Counted from the first letter of the stretch, positions 28,277 through 42,458 are shown. The stretch: DNA of 64,000 nt from Octopus vulgaris (GCA_951406725.2 OX597832.1:37696001-37760000); one strand, 5' to 3'. Numbers and translations are program-made. The notes: generated by a model not told the origin, from the letters alone.

Positions 28277-29126
28277 AAATGATTGATGTTCACTCAGACG
28301 GAACTGTTATTTAGAACAGTGAGAGATCGCTCGAGATAACATAAATCTTCTAATCTAGAAACTCTATTTTTTTATAACCAAATCTTAATCAACATTATTC
28401 TCACATTTCTTAACTATGTATGTCTTGATTTATTTCTGCAGAAGCCGTCGTCGTTGTCGTCGTCGGCGCCGCCACTGCTCCCCCGCCGCTTTCATCGTCG
28501 ACACTGTCACTTTCGTAGTCGTCGACGTCGGCGGCAGGGGCAGCGCCGTTTAGTCTGCAGTCGGCCATGATGGAGTTGACCTGTGATCAAAAGTGTTTTA
28601 GCCGTGCGTGACCATCCCATATTTTTTCAGGCACAGTTTATCGAGAATTACATTATCTAATGTGTCGTTATTTTCCAAGGCAGCAGTTCGTCGTAACACG
28701 AAGATGTAGGGCTAATTACAACGAGGAAGACATACGGGTTCTTTCGCCGACATGTTTTTCCAAAGTTAGTTACGTCGTCCTACTCGTGTTGTAACAGCAA
28801 GTATTTCCATGCCTTGTCTCACACTTACAGCACACACACGCGCATGCTCACGTAAAACCACACCTGCTCAGTGCGTGTGTTTTATTTGTTCGCCGGGAAT
28901 CGTCCCAAAGTAGGCGAACCGGCGAAGAAACAAAACTTACGTTGCGAATGCGCTGTCGATAATGTTTACAACGCAGCTTCTGATTCGCTATTGGCTTTAC
29001 TCTCACGCATGCTTTATTGTGGCATTACCAACAAATGGTTTTTACACTATTTGTATGTAGTCATAGACTGGTGATTTTGTCCGGCGTCTGTTTAATTCAG
29101 GCACGTGGTGTTGATTAGACATAAAA

Positions 29127-29342
29127 ATGGCGAAATATCCATCACTCCCGCATCTGGATGGGATCTGGGACGAGTTATCTCGCTTGTCTATGACTATACG
29201 GTGTTTTAACACCCAGTGCAATGAAGGAGTCGTCCTTCAGGCGCTTTACGGCAGTGAACCGGCAAACAAACCAAACACATTCATTGAGTACGTGCGGTCG
29301 ATGTTGTGTACTAGACTAGCGCTGCTTTCAGTTCGTTACTGA
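29127..29342 (+). pseudogene. Highly diverged Tc1-family transposase C-terminal relic
   Basis: HLDGIWDELSR..LQAL..P..FI.YVRSM..R.A...RY* resembles Tc1 PIEHxWDELxR..LxxAL..IP...I.SM.RR..A..TRY*. Confidence 0.45.
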
Positions 29343-29443
29343 ACATACATACATACATACATACATACATACATACATACATACAAACATACATACATGC
29401 ATTCATACCTACATACATACGTACATACATTTATATATATGCA

Positions 29444-29877
29444 CAGGGGTTGGACTAAATAATGGAAATACCTAGCATCATAGCATCATAATTTTGAAAT
29501 ATCTATAAAACCGTTAAAAAGCGTGTTTATTTTTATACTTTCTTTATTTGTTATTAGTGTTGTTTAATATCTTTAGCTAAAATTGCTGTTTCTTTTCAGA
29601 TATCATCAGAAAATGGTAATTAAAATTCATTAAAATGACAGATGTATCGGACATTCAAAGAGGTCAAATTGTTGGTGCTCGTAGGGCAAGGGCTAGCGTA
29701 ACGAAAATAGCCAAAATGTTTGGTGCATCAAGAAGTACTGTCTCGAAAGTAATGACAGCCTTTGAGAAGGAGGGAAAATCTCCTCGTCGAAATAAAACTC
29801 CGGAAGAAACCCAAAACTTTCAGATAGGTACCGTCGGACTCTTACGCGAATTGTTAGAAAGGATCATAAAAGTACCA
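29444..29877 (+). mobile_element. Tc1-like transposon 5' fragment (left TIR and HTH region, frameshifted and truncated)
   Basis: caggggttggactaaataatggaaa TIR; MTDVSDIQRGQIVGARRARASVTKIAKMFGASRSTVSKVMTAFEKEGK, then frameshifted SGRNPKLSDRYRRTLTRIVRKDHKST. Confidence 0.88.
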
Positions 29878-30202
29878 GTCTCTTAAAAGATAGAGTACTG
29901 GAGTCGATTTGTTCGACGAGGCACTTCAAGGCAGTTAGATGTGGCAGGGTATTAGAATGAAGTCTTCAGTCAAGGGAAGTGCTTTGAAGCAGATTTGAAC
30001 TCATGATTCGTCAGTTGGTAATTCAACATCTTATCCCTTCCTTACGTCCGCTTTTATCAACAAACATGACAAGTGCCATAATATTAGTCTGTCTGTGTGT
30101 GCGAATATACATACACAATGCACACACACACACGCGCGCACGCACACGCACACATATATATACACACAATGTATGACATATATACATACATACACACGCA
30201 CA

Positions 30203-30290
<88 letters not shown>

Positions 30291-30696
30291 CTGTGTATGT
30301 GTGTGTGAGTGTGTGAATGTATGTGTTTATGTGTATATGCCATACTATAAAAAGATTATCTCTTAGATAGTGACATTATCATATTTATCAGATATGAGAT
30401 AAAGTTTCCGTTAAAAAGATATGATTTTTGTGATTTCTCGACATTCACCCCTCATTCTGTATTTCGAATGCACATATCTGTGAGTCCTTATAAGTCCTGG
30501 CACATCACCGAAAACTGGGGCTTTTGCTTCTCTCATGTCACAATACTGGCAAAAGCAACGGCTGTTAATTCTACTTCTGGTGTTTTTTCTTTAGTTTTTT
30601 TGGGGGGGTTTAAGCTTAAGAAGGGAAGAAACAAAGATAGATGTTATATTGTCAAGATTCAGTCTGGGAGATGCAATAAAAACGTAAGGTTTAATG

Positions 30697-31040
30697 CATT
30701 GGTTCCCAACCGACTTCCATATGATCCATTGGGGTCCGTATAAAATTTTTATGGATTTCATACAAGCGAAATAGTAAATTGAGTCCACGGAAGTATTTTG
30801 CAGTCCGTGAAAAAAACTTTGATTTAGATGTATTCATTGCAAGAAACAGCAAGAGATGCTTCCCGGTGTTTTGCCACAGTTCAGCCTACGTAAGTGAGTA
30901 AGTGAATAACAAAATAGAAATCTTGAAAGAAGCGTCTATAAAACCAGTTTTTAAACATCGAATGCCTTCTGAGGGTCCACCAGAATAAAATAGTAATCAA
31001 AGAGGTCTATAGATAAAAATAAAATGGTCGAGAACCACTG
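30697..31040. mobile_element. hAT-superfamily MITE
   Basis: TIRs cattggttcccaacc / ggtcgagaaccactg; perfect 8-bp TSD gtttaatg at 30689-30696 and 31041-31048. Confidence 0.9.
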
Positions 31041-32271
31041 GTTTAATGTGTGTAAATCTACAAATGAAGATGCTGTTGGTCGGACGCTAAAGTCCAAGAA
31101 AGCCAGAGAGGATCCTTGGCGTCGGCCACTGATGACTTGAAAGTTAATGAAATACGTTAAGGAGTAGGGAGTGGCTGATCTGTCGTGTGGGGTTTCTCTT
31201 CATAGAAAATCGAACATATCAACTGATGTAAAATGACCATCGACTTTTGAAGCAATATTGACCAGAGGACAACCAAATAATAGCGAAATCGAACTGAAGT
31301 TCACCATCACGATTTACAAAGGGGTTTCGATGAGTGCAATTGATCTGTTAAAAATAACTGTCAAAAATCTCTTCGAGCTCACCTAGAAATCTTTTTTTTT
31401 TCCGAAAGTGGAAGGACATATTGACTGTCGTAGTGCTAATTATATATATATTTTAGAAAAGTGTTAATATAATCTTGAATGGAATGTCCTTGATCATTCG
31501 CTTGCAGAATAAAACCTGACCAAGGGTTAAATGATAACAACGCTAAAAACAAGAGTCACTGGCCAATTCTTTTGCAATGCAACAGGTAGGTGCAAGTCAA
31601 CTGTCTCCCTCTTTAAATTGTTGCATCGCCATGAAAAAGATTATAGGGAACCACTCACAGCATCGTCGGTTTTCCCCTTAAGCTGAGAAAAGTTGAGCAA
31701 AGGTTTAAGGAATCTCTCTCCCACCCCAACAAAAAAAAATCAAAAACAAACAGCAAAAAACAACAAACAAACAGAAAACCGTCTTAAGTTACGAGAATTA
31801 TTCAAAGACAGACGGAAGTGCCGTACATCACGGAATGGAAATAAAGAACATACATACATACAGATATATATATGTATATATAATGTATATTATTTATTTA
31901 ATATCACTTGGGCCACAACCTCATAACGTGCATTTCAAAGCTCCTATATTGGTTATCGGCCACCATACATATATATATATAATATATAATATATACATAT
32001 ATATATATATATGTGTGTGTGTGTGTATACATACATATATAGAGATATGTATATGTATATATCCACACAGATATAAATAAACCCGCGTGTGTTTATGTAT
32101 TTTTATGTACACTACATGCATAAAACATTCGTTCTCTAAAAGTAGGAAGTTGATTAAGATAGGTGACAGGTGGTCAAAACCCCTAAATTAGCAATAATTC
32201 CTTTCTTATTCACACTCTCACCTACAACCTATACCCACATGCACGCTTACTCACGCTTAGACGTTTGTATT

Positions 32272-32302
<31 letters not shown>

Positions 32303-32354
32303 TCGTCCGTACCTAATCATAGTTATGTATATAAAAGGACACATATTAATGGGA

Positions 32355-32471
32355 ATATGTCTGTGAATGTATGTGTATGTATGTAGAAGTATATACAGAG
32401 AGATATAGAGCGTGATAGGTTGATGTATATATGGGAATATATAAATATATATCTGTGTATGCATATATATA

Positions 32472-32518
<47 letters not shown>

Positions 32519-32567
32519 ATCTGTTTGTATATATAGATAGATACACAGATATATATATGTATATGTG

Positions 32568-32610
<43 letters not shown>

Positions 32611-32727
32611 GTGTGTATATATAGATAGATAGACAGACAAAGAGACAGATGCGAATATATCTGTGTACGTGTGTGTATGTATGTAGAGACATATACAGAG
32701 AGATATAGAGCGTGATAAGTTTACATG
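32355..32727. repeat. Local direct duplication of a ~70-bp block, ~300 bp apart
   Basis: atatacagagagatatagagcgtgata at ~32391 and ~32691. Confidence 0.75.
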
Positions 32728-32849
32728 TGTGTGTGTGTGCGCGCGCGTGTACACGCGTGCATGTGTGTGTAAATATATATATACAAACAGATATATTTAT
32801 TTACTTATATTTATATATTTACACACACACACATAAGTAGAGATAGATG

Positions 32850-33006
<157 letters not shown>

Positions 33007-33099
33007 TGATACACTACAAGACATATATTAGATAAATTTAAAAATACCTTATCAAGACCTTCTAAATATTTACCTGAGAATGCTTATTGCTAGTGATCT

Positions 33100-33930
33100 A
33101 AGAATCGTAAATTTCTGAAATGTTACTCTTAATCTAACCCAAGACAAATACCTATCTTAAAGCAAAATTAATTAAAACTGCCTATATATGTATATACACT
33201 TCTACCATCCACGCATACTGGTTAATACAATCCGCATGTCTCCCGTTTGTTATCGAATAAAGAAGTCTTCTATAAGGTGCTTCCCTCATTCAATATAACT
33301 TCAGAAGTCATTGATCTCAAAGTTAAGATCCCATATATTTCGGATTCCAGTGTTAAATGGTCACGTTGCCTTCCTTTCCTTTTAAAGCTTAATCTAATGA
33401 TATTGTTTAAAACTTCGAAAGTTGCCGTAAATAATCTTACAGAAATAACCTAAAACTGATTTGCAACCTGAGCTTCAAATATGAAAAACCTTACAACATT
33501 TAAACTGACGAAATTAGCTGAGGCTAAGTGCATCACCCAGAATCTAAAACGCATGTTAGCTTCAATCAATTCAATCAATCATGCAACGTTGAAGCGATTT
33601 TATTTAAAGCAAAAGTCACCTCCTGCAAACTAAACTTTTGTATCATGCGCAAATATAGCGTAGGTATGATCGATGTTAAATTTAAACAACGTTTCTTGAA
33701 GCATACTTCTTTCTTCAGATATACGTATAAAAGAAGAAGAAAAAAACTACAAAATTATCCAGTTTTAGATGAAAGATTCTCAAAAGATACATACGATATA
33801 GAAATGCAACAGATTGTTGCGTGTTGCATATGTGAGAAAACCTTCATACTCAAAACGTTTGTTAAATTTACAAACCTCGTAAGAATATATTTGTTAAATG
33901 TCGACATTTCGAAAAGCACATTCTAAAGCA
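33100..33930 (+). mobile_element. Decayed Penelope-like retroelement ORF (RT thumb, linker, GIY-YIG endonuclease)
   Basis: PIYVY..YHP, SRLLSNKEVFYKVLPSFN, SCNVEAILFKAKVT, KYSVGMIDVKFKQRFLKHTSFFR and CCICEKTFIL follow the order of PLE C-terminal motifs (HP, LSSxxExF, C..xxVYxAxV, YVG..FKxR..H..SF, CxLCxxEK..I) as recalled. Confidence 0.65.
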
Positions 33931-34423
33931 CTAAACCTCCAACCTCATTGAATTGACCACTACTTAACTTTTATAACTAGAGACTATATTCGCTTTATAT
34001 TTATCTTGACTCTTAACCCTAAGGCTAATAAACATTCCTGATCTCGCTATACTTTATAGCGATACATTCTTTGACATTTTCGGTCTTCATTATTCTAAGC
34101 TCATTTGCATATAGCTGAATGTTCCAATACATAAATATTTACCAGAAACATTTACCCTGCCTCTCTACCCTTGTCCCTTAAGTTCCAACACACCGTAGCC
34201 ACTCCTGATATCATTATAGACAATGGTAGACCCTTTGTTATATTACACTTTCAACTCTATTACATTCTATACTTATTTCGATATATTTTTTTATTCCTCT
34301 CGTTTTCTGCTCTTTTTAACCATGTCATATATGTAGATACATGCATGTGTATACACACATACATACACACACATGCACATGTGTGTGTATGTATATGTAT
34401 ATATATGTATATACATATATATG

Positions 34424-34470
<47 letters not shown>

Positions 34471-34536
34471 TATTCATATATATGTGTGTGTATGTGTGTA
34501 TGTGTGTAGGCATGCATGTATGTAAGCATATGTATA

Positions 34537-34586
<50 letters not shown>

Positions 34587-34973
34587 GTGTCTCGCTTTAT
34601 AATTCTGACCAACCACGAAAGAACATCTCACTGCTACAATATATCAATTTATAATCAGTTACAAGCTTTGCAATGTTTTAACCCACAAACCAACAAAATT
34701 ATATGTCTTAGGTATGTTGGTAACTGGTTGAAGTTTGATGATTGTTTAGCCTTTGCTAAATGACGAAAACTTGAAACGACGAGTTATTGCCTCAAACAGA
34801 TTGTAGCTCTATTATATTTCAATACATCATTCTCTTCTGTTGAGCACTCTTAGTTTTGTCACTGAACACACAGACACACGTGTGCGAGCATGACGGGAGT
34901 GACAATGTGGGAAATAATGTATTGTTATACGTCCAGGGAGAATCAATGACTAAATAAGACACCTCGCCCATAT

Positions 34974-35030
<57 letters not shown>

Positions 35031-35192
35031 TACGACGGGATTCTTTCAGTTTCCGTCTACCAAATCCACTCACAAGGCTCTGGTCGGCCGGAGGCTATAA
35101 TAGAAGACACTTGCCAAGGTGCCATGCTGTGTGACTGAACCCAAAACCACATGGTTGCAAAACGAACGTCTAAACTACAGTCGTGCCTGCAC
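35031..35192 (-). mobile_element. SINE family A head
   Basis: cgacgggattctttcagtttccgtctacc...gactgaaccc...gtgcctgcacc. Confidence 0.85.
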
Positions 35193-35221
35193 CAATTGTT
35201 ATTGTTAGTTACCCTGGAATT

Positions 35222-35455
35222 TGTTGCTGTTGTTGTTGCTGAGCGAACCGTCTTCGTCCCTGTTGTAGGAGAAGTCCGAAACGTGGTCCTTTGCTATTCG
35301 TGAGCCCCGCAGAAGAGAAAGCAGGCCAACCCCCGACACCGAGAGCATCGACGGATGGATGAATGCGCATCCAGGCTCAGCGGTTGGGTAGGAAGTCGGA
35401 GACAAGAATCGAAACCGCGCGTCCGTTGCCCTAACCATTAGGCCATTGCACCTCC
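35222..35455 (-). mobile_element. tRNA-derived SINE family C with (CAA)n tail
   Basis: Minus head ggaggtgcaatggcctaatggttagggc...ggtttcgattct; ends in caacaacaacagcaac. Confidence 0.65.
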
Positions 35456-35481
35456 ACTCGTTGATGCTGTAGTTAGTGAAA

Positions 35482-35765
35482 ACGCATGGCTTAGCGGTTA
35501 GTGTATTCGGTCATGAGTTCGATTCTCAGCGGCGCATCGTCCCCATTTATTTCACGGAGATCCACTCAGCAAACAAAAATTATCTCTACCCGTATTTCAA
35601 AGGGCCCAACCTTATCACACTCACTCTCTCTCTTTCACGCCGAATCTCCTCCAAAACTACATCAAGAGTGCGCATGTCCGTGCAGTGCTCAGCCACTTGC
35701 ACTTCAATTTCACAATTTCTGTTGATCGGATCAAATCGTAACCCTTGTCGTCATAACCGACGGAG
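35482..35765 (+). mobile_element. tRNA-derived SINE family D
   Basis: tggcttagcggttag A box, gagttcgattctc B box; body similar to 40140-40275. Confidence 0.6.
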
Positions 35766-36145
35766 CGCCCGTAGCTACGGATGGTCGTGTTGTTGCTGTT
35801 GTTGCTACCGCAGTTGCTTCTTTGTTGTTCAACGACGATGTTAGAGTTGCTATTTTTGCTGTGATTGTGTTAATGTTGTTGTTGATGTTGCTGTTGTTGT
35901 TCACACGTTTTAGTTGCAATTACTGTTGTCTTTGCGGCTGTTGTTGTTGTTGTTGCTGTCATCTTCGTCTTTCCGCCATTGTTCCCTTGCCACCCCTACT
36001 CCTCCTTCCCCCCACCTCCCCCCACCACGTCGTATTTAATTCAGACATGTTTCTAACTTGTTCTCTTCACTCACCAATACGTCTTAATTAAAAATGACTG
36101 CCATTTTTAATTGCCAATCCCACCGTGTCCGGCGGTCGGACGGAG

Positions 36146-37190
36146 GGTGGTGGTGGTGGTGGTGTGGAGGCCTGGTTTGGGGATGAGGATGGGGGAGGGG
36201 GTATCGGTGATGAAGTTTCAGGTAAAATAGTGGTGATAGATGCTACTGAAATGAAAGCAGTGGCGGCTGCAGTTGAGGTAGTGATGGTGGTGATGATAGT
36301 GGTGGTAGTGGAGATATTAATGGCAGAGATTCAGGTGATGGCGTCGGAATCACTGTTGTTGATGGTAATGGTAGTGGTGGTGATGGAGGTGGTGGTGATG
36401 GTGGTGATGGTGTTGTTGTTGTTAGTGGTGGTGATGATGATGGAGGAAATTGTACTGTGATAGTGGTCGTAATGGTGGAGATGATGGTGGTGCTGTTGGT
36501 GGTGGTAGTGGTGGTGGTTATGATAGATAGATGCCGATGACGGTGGTGGGGGATTCTGGGAATGAAAGAGTGGATGGTAATGTTATAGGGGGAAGTTGAT
36601 AATGGTGGTGCTGATAGTTGTAGTGGCCGTAGAGGTCTTTGTAGTGATGGTGGTGGTTGTGGTGGTTATATTAATGGTAGTGGGTAAAGTAGTAGTTGTG
36701 TGGTAGCGATTGTAATGGTAGTAGTAGGTGGAAGTCGTTATTATGATAATGATAATGATGATGGTATCGGTGACCGTAGAGGCAGTTGTTGTTATTGTTG
36801 TTGTTGTTATGGTGGTGGTGATGGTGGCGGCGACAGTACACACCCATTTGAAACACTGTTAAGGTGGAAGTTGTTGATCATGTTGATGGTGATGGTGATG
36901 GTGATGGTGTTTCTAGTACTGGATGTACTTCGTGGGGTGGTGGTGTATGGTAGTGAAATGTGGTCTTGATGTTATAGATATAGTATCTGCTGTAGTTTGG
37001 GATCTGGTGAGAATGTAGGTTGGTGGTAGCAGTGACGGTGGTGGTGGTAGTGGCGATGGTAGTAGTAGTAGTAGTAGTGGAGATGGAGGTAGTTGTAGTG
37101 GTGGTGGTGGTGATAGAGGTAGGGATGATGGTGGTTATAGTGGTGTGGTGGTGGTGGTGGTGGTGATGGTGGTAGTAGTTGTGATGGTGC
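36146..37190. repeat. Degenerate (GTG/GAT/GTA)n low-complexity tract
   Basis: Direct reading. Confidence 0.9.
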
Positions 37191-37362
37191 AAAATCAACG
37201 TATCCACCTCTTCGTTCTCCGCTCCCCCTCCTCCTTCTCCCCCTAGCTTCCACTATACTGTCACGTGACAACAGGCGACGGCGCAGTTGCTTGCTGGCCG
37301 AAGTTGTATAAATAAATCATCCATTTTGCGAGTTGAGACTTGGCGGTTTCAAAAACAGAGCA

Positions 37363-37394
<32 letters not shown>

Positions 37395-37673
37395 CAATAA
37401 ATAAACAGCAAATAAGACAATAAATAAGGAAAGCACAAACCATAAAGACAACAAAAAAAAGACAAAATAAAGAAATGGACAAAACGAAGAAAAAAAAATA
37501 AAAGAAACATTGTGGACATTGATAATTACGGATTTGGTGTTTAATTATGTAACATACTTGATATTCTTGTTGTTGCTGTTGTTGTGGTTGTAGGGGAGGT
37601 GACGTGTTTGTCGATAGTAGCTATGTTGATGTTGTTGTTATTGTTGTTGCTGTTGTTGCTGGTGATGATGATA

Positions 37674-37719
<46 letters not shown>

Positions 37720-37955
37720 CGATGATGATGATGATAGAAGTGTTGAGAATGAAAGAGAAAGTAACATTTGTGACATTTTTATCGATAGAGATGTTCTGTT
37801 GTTGTTGTTTTTATTGGGGTTTTTTGCCGTTGTTGTTGTTGTTGTTGCTCTTGCTCTTGTCGTTCATGCTATTAGCAATGTTAATGCTGGTCTTTTACAA
37901 GAACCACGATTTACATCTTGTATGCATTTAACGAACAGACCCCCCCCCCCCCCCC

Positions 37956-38106
37956 AGTTGTTGACTGGTACTTTTATTTCATCGATCCGGAAATGAGGAA
38001 AGACAAAGGGACTTCGGTGGGATTTGAACTCAAAATGCTAAGGATCGGGTCTAAATACCGCAGCAATTTTTGTCTGACGCCCTTACTATTCTGCCAATCC
38101 CTCACC
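37956..38106 (-). mobile_element. SINE family B, diverged
   Basis: actggtacttttatttcatcgatcc...ggatttgaactc...ttctgcca. Confidence 0.75.
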
Positions 38107-38228
38107 GGTGGTTTTCATCTTGTTAGAGCTGCTGCTGTTGCTGGTGGTGGTGGTGGTGGAAATTTTCAAGCCATCACCTATCCAGTCGACTTCCATCTTC
38201 AAAAGCATTCCAGTTGTGACCATCTCGC

Positions 38229-38301
<73 letters not shown>

Positions 38302-38604
38302 AAATATATAAAGATCTACTCCAATATATCCTACTTAATTTACGATAAAGATTTGGCTGCTGTTACTACCAGGTCGAAAGGTAACGCAAATGTTTCCTCA
38401 TTGATTCGTAGTTGTTCTTATATGCCATTGTTGTTTACAGAGATGTCTGTTGCTTAAGCTTTAGTAATGCTACCGCAGTGCTATTGTTGATTTTCACGTT
38501 GGATTTGCTGCTGCTATTGTTCTTAGTGAAAGTGTTGGTGGTGGCGGTTTCCTTACATTATTCTTCATCAAAGATAACGGTTAACAGGGAATTCTTATCC
38601 TTAC

Positions 38605-38771
38605 CGTAAAAGGCACCCGTGCTGGTGACACGTAAAAGACGACACCTAGTACACTATGTTGAGAGGATGGCGTTAGGAAGGGCACCCAGCCATAGGAAAA
38701 GCCAAAACAGACTGGGGGCCTGGTTGTAGTCAAACCGTCAAAATCATACCAGCATGGAAAACGGACGCTAA

Positions 38772-38814
<43 letters not shown>

Positions 38815-38836
38815 CGACGACGACGACGACGACGAC

Positions 38837-38868
<32 letters not shown>
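38605..38868 (+). mobile_element. RTE-related 3' tail ending in (TGA)n
   Basis: ggcgttaggaagggcacccagcc...ccagcatggaaaacggacgctaaa(tga)n. Confidence 0.6.
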
Positions 38869-39157
38869 CTGTAACATATGTAGACAGGATAATCTCCAGG
38901 TAAAAAAAAATGGTGAAAAATCAGAAAATCAGATTTGAAATTTACAAGATATACATTGATAGTTTTAGATTTCAACCGGTCTCTGATGGTGGCCGAATTT
39001 CACACGAGACTGGCCTTTTTCCCCGTACAAATGGTATATATTCGTGATAGTTATTATTGCCATCCAGTCTCATGGTTAAACATGAAAAAGCAAACGTTCC
39101 AGATGCGAATGATCTGTCCTTTATCTAAGCATTACACTGCGTAAGATGATTTGTGTC

Positions 39158-39201
<44 letters not shown>

Positions 39202-39681
39202 ATGTTTCTGACCGTGCTCGTATGTTTCTGTATGCAAGTATGTATATATCATGCAATAACGAAGCAGAGTAAGTTATCAAAGCTCCATTAGATCAACTTG
39301 ACCCAAGAAAGACAAAGCACTGCTTGTGAAATTGAATACCTGATCATTACAAACGGTACACAGAAAACATTAGGCTAAATATTTAACGATGTCTCTTGTT
39401 TCCGGGTTCAAACCACTTTACTGTCAAACGTGAGCGCTATCCTTATCCTTCTAATGACCAGAGAACATCAACCAATAAGAAATGGTAAACCAATATTCAT
39501 TTCTAATACGAACAGCCGCAGTTTATTTCCAGCTGACGTTCTTGACTTCTGCGACACCCATCTTCCCACACACGATTTGATCAGCGTTCCACCATTTTCT
39601 CTCATCGTTTTACGCTGCCATCGCCGCCGCCGCCTCCACCCCTTTCTTCTGTTTCTGTTTCTGTTTCTTCTTTTTCAATCT

Positions 39682-39735
<54 letters not shown>

Positions 39736-39914
39736 TTGCTGCTGCCGCTGCTGCCGCCACCACTACTAATACTATCATCGCCCCTCATCCCTGGATACTA
39801 CTAGTACTACTGATACAGCCACCACCATCACCATCACCAACACCACTACCACCACCACCAACCCTACGACTACTACTACTACTGCCACAACCACCACCAT
39901 TGCCGCCCCACATT

Positions 39915-40013
<99 letters not shown>

Positions 40014-40452
40014 TTACTTAGGATTACTCGATATGTTGGAAACAGAACGCAAATCTCCCGCAAATAATACTTATAAAAGAGAACGAGCACACTAAGATAC
40101 AGTCGAAGATGCTATACACACACACACACACAAACAGACATTTTGTCACACTGATTCTGTCTGAGAATTTCGTGAAAGGCACACATGTCTGTGGAATACT
40201 CAGCCACCTACACATTAATTGAGGTGCAGGTAATCCAGTTAATGGTCCGAATAACTCCTCATCGTCGAACGCAAAAGATTCAACGGACACATACACACGC
40301 GTGTACACAAACCAATACACACAAATATATACGCATTTGTTTTTTTTTGTATGAAGATATATATAAAAACAACAATTTAACTTTAAATCGAAAGATGACT
40401 GAACCTTTTTGGAAAATACATATTTATGAAATTTTACAACGAAAAGGTTGAC

Positions 40453-40494
40453 AGTGTCTTAGTAGTTTCGGTTTAATAGCCGTCATCAGACGCT
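40453..40494 (-). ncRNA. Minimal hammerhead motif with intact CUGAUGA and GAAAC
   Basis: Minus agcgt-CTGATGA-cggctattaaacc-GAAAC-tacta-agacact; stem III decayed. Confidence 0.45.
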
Positions 40495-40900
40495 ACAAAC
40501 GCTCGATTATGCATACGAGTACGTAACTTATTGAACGTGCAAGTGTGTAAGCATGTTTTTTGGCATATACCTCGGCTGATACTTTGTCATGTTGCATAGC
40601 TATTCGGATATCGACAACAAGCTTCTGTCACATACAAAGATATTAAAATGCAACGGCCAACCGAGAAGAAACTGTCATTCGAAATGCATCTGAAGAATTC
40701 TGTATTTAGCATAAAATGTATTCATCAAAGAGTAGCATTATTTAGCAATTGTATCAAAATGTATGCAAGAAACCAAACTAGGACCAAAACTCGCGTCGGG
40801 TTAATGTCTTTTTTTTTTTACACATGGAGAAATAAAAAAAAAAACGACATTCAATTGTACATCATAACGATAACCAAAAATTTGAACTGCTTAGAAATGA

Positions 40901-40952
<52 letters not shown>

Positions 40953-40994
40953 ATATGATTGTGTGTCTGTGTTAGTCCCCCCCAACATCGCTTG

Positions 40995-41025
<31 letters not shown>

Positions 41026-41084
41026 GTTTATATATATGCATGTATGTATGTGTGTATGTATGTATTTATGTAAGTATGTATGTA

Positions 41085-41296
41085 AAGTTAATCCAAACAT
41101 GAAATCACAAAGAGAAAACACAACAACGCGAGGACGTGGAACAAATATAGTATTATTGGACGCTCAGGAAAGGAGAGAAAGAAGGTGGGTTTAACGTTTC
41201 GAGCGGAGCTCTTCGTCGGAAACATAGGAGAAGGAAAGATCCAAAGAAGGGAAGACGGAGAAAAAAAATCGCCAACAGTACACACGCGGTCACATT
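41085..41296 (-). mobile_element. PLE-terminus-like repeat P4 with HHR variant (41189-41223)
   Basis: Minus gttt-CCGACGA-a-gagc(tcc)gctc-GAAAC-GTT-aaac; shares downstream ttcctgagcg with P1; (TATG)n flanks. Confidence 0.7.
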
Positions 41297-41315
41297 TTGA
41301 ATGTATGTATGTATG

Positions 41316-41348
<33 letters not shown>

Positions 41349-42250
41349 TCGGATTCGTAAAATTAAGAGATAAATTGTATCCAATATATTTAGCAGAGTT
41401 AATTCGAGGATGCTGGAAAGCAGAAACGGGAAACTCCGATACCAGAAGGGAATACTCAGCTCTGAAAAATGCTGTCATACACAAACCCCACTTTCTAAAC
41501 ACACACGCACACACACGCACACACACATACACACACACACACACATACACACACAAACATGCATGTATACCTATAGATATACACACACACATGCACACAC
41601 ACACACATGCACACACACACACATAAATAGCATATATACACTCTCGTATGTAAATACATACATGCATGCAACCATGTATACATACATACATACATATATA
41701 TGAATTTACGTGTGTGAGTGTTTTGTGTAAATGCATACACACATACGTTCATCAGCCCCACTACGTAAACACAACGCTTCACGTCTCAACTCTATCGTTC
41801 TTCACATCATCAACTCAGCTTTATTATTAATTATTCAGTTGAAATTGAGCGTCGAGAGGCAGGCGACCTATTCTTGTTGTCTGATTGATAAAGCTTCGCT
41901 GATATCTGCCAGTTGACACCTTGTCAAATGGCCTTTATTTTTCACGTCTGCCTCATACGCAACTAAAATATGTTCACCGAAATATCTCATTAACTATTCA
42001 TTGGCCGATAAACAATTTTCTATGCTTGTTCACCTATATACACATAAGAGAACTATTTAAAGATAAATTTATAAATATACATACACACATACTCACAAAT
42101 TCACACTGATACACACACACACGCACACACATACACGTAAGTATACAGGTACATAGTTGCATATAGACACTAGATACTACGCAGAGGGAGACATATATAG
42201 ACAGATGCATACATACATATACAGAAACATCTCTATATACACATACATAT

Positions 42251-42359
<109 letters not shown>

Positions 42360-42418
42360 TACACATATACGCATACATATATACATATAGAGTCACACAT
42401 ACGTATATATATAGATGC

Positions 42419-42458
<40 letters not shown>

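Noticed and set aside
35400-35530. tRNA genes at A/B-box sequences (also 10890-10946, 44753-44820, 54781-54870)
   Set aside because: No complete cloverleaf; they continue into repeated SINE bodies
36125-37271. Val/Met-rich or Thr/His-rich mucin-like ORFs
   Set aside because: Degenerate triplet repeat with frequent frame breaks and no consistent reading frame
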